DNA of 64,000 nucleotides from Acidobacteriota bacterium. Its GTDB lineage: Bacteria > Acidobacteriota > Aminicenantia > UBA2199. Positions within the stretch are counted from its first letter, which is position 1; each line of letters opens with the position of its first letter. Below the pieces are notes generated by a model, which did no database searches, had not been told where the DNA came from, and saw only the letters and a program-made list of their open reading frames with translations. The DNA lies in assembly GCA_025456205.1 (NCBI GenBank), contig JALOLA010000002.1, positions 7,363-71,362 of the forward strand, written 5' to 3'. The position numbers and the translations under genes were made by a program. Below, piece by piece: positions 61,741-64,000 of the stretch.

Positions 61741-63894
61741 TTAGCGGTCCGGCATCGGCAGCGTATCGTCGATGGTTATCCCCAGGTCCTGCGCTGCGGC
61801 CTCATCCACGACCTCGGCTCCCTTGAGCAATAACCTGGCCGGGCCGGTGAGGGTTACCTCCGGGAGCAGCGAGTCATGGTCAAGCTGGATGATCCATTCC
61901 CGTGCCAGCATCTTGGCGGCCACGTCGGCGTAGTAGCGCTGCAGCCAGGGCCGCAGGCGCTGGTCGTCGCCGAACAGGGCCATGAAGCGCTTGGGACGGG
62001 GGATGATCGCCGCCATGAATATGGCCTCGGCCAGGGTCAGTTCCTCGACGTCCTTGGCGAAATAGAATCGCGCCGCCTCCTGGGCGCCGTAGACGTCGGG
62101 CCCCCATTCGATGATGTTCAGGTAGGTCTCCAGCATGCGCTCCTTGCCGACCAGGCGGTTGGCCTCGATGAGCCAGGTGATGAGCAGCTCCTCCAGCTTG
62201 CGGGCGATGGTCTTGTGGCGGCGCAGGTAGAGGTTCTTGACCAGCTGCATGGAGATGGTGCTGGCGCCGCGCACGAAGCGCCCGGCGCGCAGGTTGGCGA
62301 CGATCGAGTTCTTGAAGGGCTCGAGCAGGAAGCCGACGTGGCTGAAGAAGGCCCCATCCTCGGAGATCATTACCGCGTACTTGAGCGAAGAGGGAATGCG
62401 TTCGAGTGAGCGGAAGGAGGGGTTCTCGGGCCCGACCATGAAGGAGCGAGCCGGCCGGTCCTTCTCGTAGGGCGTGTAAAGGAAGGGGGATGCAAAGTGG
62501 CGCAGGTCGGCGTTGCCGAAGCGGCGGATGCGGAAGCCGCTCTTTTCCAGGCCGACGACGAGATCGAGGTCCTCGGGGCGGGAGAGGTCGATGGCGAAGC
62601 CGAGGTGAAAGACGAGCTCGCCGCTGGTGCGGATGCCCGCCAGGCGGGTGAACAGCCCCGCGGGCAGCGAGGCGAAGAGGTCGTCGGCGGCGAAGCGCGT
62701 CACCGGGACCTCGATCTCGACCTTGCGGGTGGGCCAGGTCGTGAGCTTCACCCGGGGCTGGAAGGCCATGCGGTTGAAGGAGATGCGGCTGGGCGCGGCC
62801 AGCTCGATGGAACCCGGGTCGATGCGCAGCGCGAAGTCGAGGGCGGCGCTGTCCAGCACGACGTCGGCGGCGGCGATGCGCGGCTGGTTCAGCACCAGGC
62901 CGGCGACGGCCAGGGAGCCGTCCAGGCGCAGCACGCGTCCGCTGCGGCCGCGGCTCTGCAGGCCGATGGCCAGCGAACCGAAGCCGACCTTCAGCCCCCA
63001 TTGGCGCTCCAGGAACGGCAGGGCCGCCGCCGCGCCGCCATCCGGCAGCAGGCGCAGATCGAAGCGCTTTTTGCCGCGCCCGACGCCGCCGGCCAGGGTG
63101 CATGACCATTTCCGTCCCTGGTCGAATACCTCGAGCGTCGTCGTGAACGCAGGGCCGCCGAGGGCCAGGCGCGGGATGTACAGGGCCTGGCGGACGTCGG
63201 CGAATGCGCTGTGGATGAAGACGCGCTCGATGAGCAGGCTGTCCGGGATGCGGTTGAAATACAGGTCGAGCAGGCGGGCGACCGTGGCCCCGTAGTCGGG
63301 TGCCGCGCTTGTCCCTGAGGTATTCCCTGCCTGGCCCTGTTGGGCGGCCGGGGGCGGCGCAGTGGGACCGGGCGGGGAGGCCGCGGTGGCATCGGCCGGC
63401 AACCGGCCCAGGTCGACGCGCAGGTCGCCCAACGCCAGGTGCTTGAGCCGCACGCGGCCGAGGAGCAGCCTCCAGAACGAGGCCGAGACAGATATCCGGC
63501 CCAGTTCGACGGCGTTCGCGCCGGAGCGCAGGCGCACGCCGCTGAGCTCGACCCCGGCCAGGCCGTGGAAGCGCGCTTCATTGACCGTAACCACTGTCCC
63601 CGGGCTGCTTTTTGCGAAGGCGCGCAGCTTCGCATCCAGGATGCCGCGCAAGGCGGCATTGCGGAATGCGAAGAAAGCCAGGCCCAGGAAGACAAGGGCT
63701 CCCAGCGCCGCGAGGCCGGCCATGCGCAGGACCTTGCGCGTCCTTTTTTCGGCCAGGAAGCCGCGCAGCGCCGCGATCTGCCGCTTGACGGCGGCCCACC
63801 AGCGGGCAAGGGTGGGCAGCGCCGGCCGCGCCTTGGCGCGCGCCGCGGCGATGAGCGTTCGCAGATGCTTCAGAAGATCGGCAATCCTGGGGAT
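61741..63894 (-). CDS. Monofunctional GT51 peptidoglycan glycosyltransferase with a large N-terminal AsmA-like/unknown domain. The proposed start is ATC at 63894; the ATG-only version ends at 63723.
   Basis: GT51 motifs (ISEDGAFFSHVGF, RGASTISMQLVKN, RKLEE). AAGGAGG lies 7 nt before an in-frame ATC. There is no canonical start between the upstream TAA and the ATG at 63723. Confidence 0.75.
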   Translation of the reverse strand: MPRIADLLKHLRTLIAAARAKARPALPTLARWWAAVKRQIAALRGFLAEKRTRKVLRMAGLAALGALVFLGLAFFAFRNAALRGILDAKLRAFAKSSPGTVVTVNEARFHGLAGVELSGVRLRSGANAVELGRISVSASFWRLLLGRVRLKHLALGDLRVDLGRLPADATAASPPGPTAPPPAAQQGQAGNTSGTSAAPDYGATVARLLDLYFNRIPDSLLIERVFIHSAFADVRQALYIPRLALGGPAFTTTLEVFDQGRKWSCTLAGGVGRGKKRFDLRLLPDGGAAAALPFLERQWGLKVGFGSLAIGLQSRGRSGRVLRLDGSLAVAGLVLNQPRIAAADVVLDSAALDFALRIDPGSIELAAPSRISFNRMAFQPRVKLTTWPTRKVEIEVPVTRFAADDLFASLPAGLFTRLAGIRTSGELVFHLGFAIDLSRPEDLDLVVGLEKSGFRIRRFGNADLRHFASPFLYTPYEKDRPARSFMVGPENPSFRSLERIPSSLKYAVMISEDGAFFSHVGFLLEPFKNSIVANLRAGRFVRGASTISMQLVKNLYLRRHKTIARKLEELLITWLIEANRLVGKERMLETYLNIIEWGPDVYGAQEAARFYFAKDVEELTLAEAIFMAAIIPRPKRFMALFGDDQRLRPWLQRYYADVAAKMLAREWIIQLDHDSLLPEVTLTGPARLLLKGAEVVDEAAAQDLGITIDDTLPMPDR

Positions 63895-64000
63895 GGGAGC
63901 GCCTCCTTGAGTCGGTTGATTTTAATATATTCAATGCGAAAATGGAACATTATGGCGATCGGCCTGGCGAATCTGTTTTTAACAATATGTTATAATAAAC

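Noticed and set aside
1-64000. A search for tRNA, rRNA, tmRNA or riboswitch-like sequences in all spacers.
   Set aside because: I could not recognise any cloverleaf-compatible or rRNA-like stretch, or any conserved riboswitch core, by eye. Absence is not proven without tRNAscan or Infernal.

Overview
A 64-kb, high-GC bacterial chromosomal segment with a few clearly lower-GC patches (GC judged by eye). Outer-membrane beta-barrel and LapA-like genes indicate a diderm organism. I support about 55 protein-coding genes, 2 pseudogenes or relics, and no rRNA, tRNA, CRISPR array, intact IS or prophage genes. The gene content is ordinary housekeeping and accessory metabolism with a strong proteolysis and amino-acid flavour: M14-like, S41, tricorn-like, M24B, S37-like and HExxH peptidases; methionine-gamma-lyase-type PLP enzyme; GltS; ActP with its DUF485 partner; P-type ATPase; RNase II/R-family nuclease; SPFH protein; PanE; VKOR; a GT51 glycosyltransferase. 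No recognisable defence system, toxin-antitoxin pair or secondary-metabolite cluster was found.

The unusual signals are mostly non-coding:
1. A dispersed, modular family of 6-7-nt word arrays occupies at least 16 intergenic spacers. The arrays often form long imperfect hairpins. Three of them place stop codons in all three frames directly behind a gene end.
2. A recurrent geometry of a -10 box followed 5-7 nt later by ATG, with no Shine-Dalgarno sequence, predicts many leaderless mRNAs.
3. Two genes have a promoter and/or a strong SD in front of an in-frame ATC and no canonical start codon.
4. A 64-65-bp direct repeat of the RNase II gene 3-prime end brackets a 1.5-kb single-gene insert, and that gene has a paralogue 6 kb away.
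5. A lower-GC island ends in a chimeric relic made of a Y1-transposase N-terminus and a methyltransferase C-terminus.
6. An acyl-CoA synthetase gene is broken by an internal out-of-frame deletion.
7. A yjcH-actP-phosphoesterase-Cache/PAS/CBS/DUF294 gene string contains an enlarged ActP loop.

All family assignments come from motif recognition and memory, not from searches.
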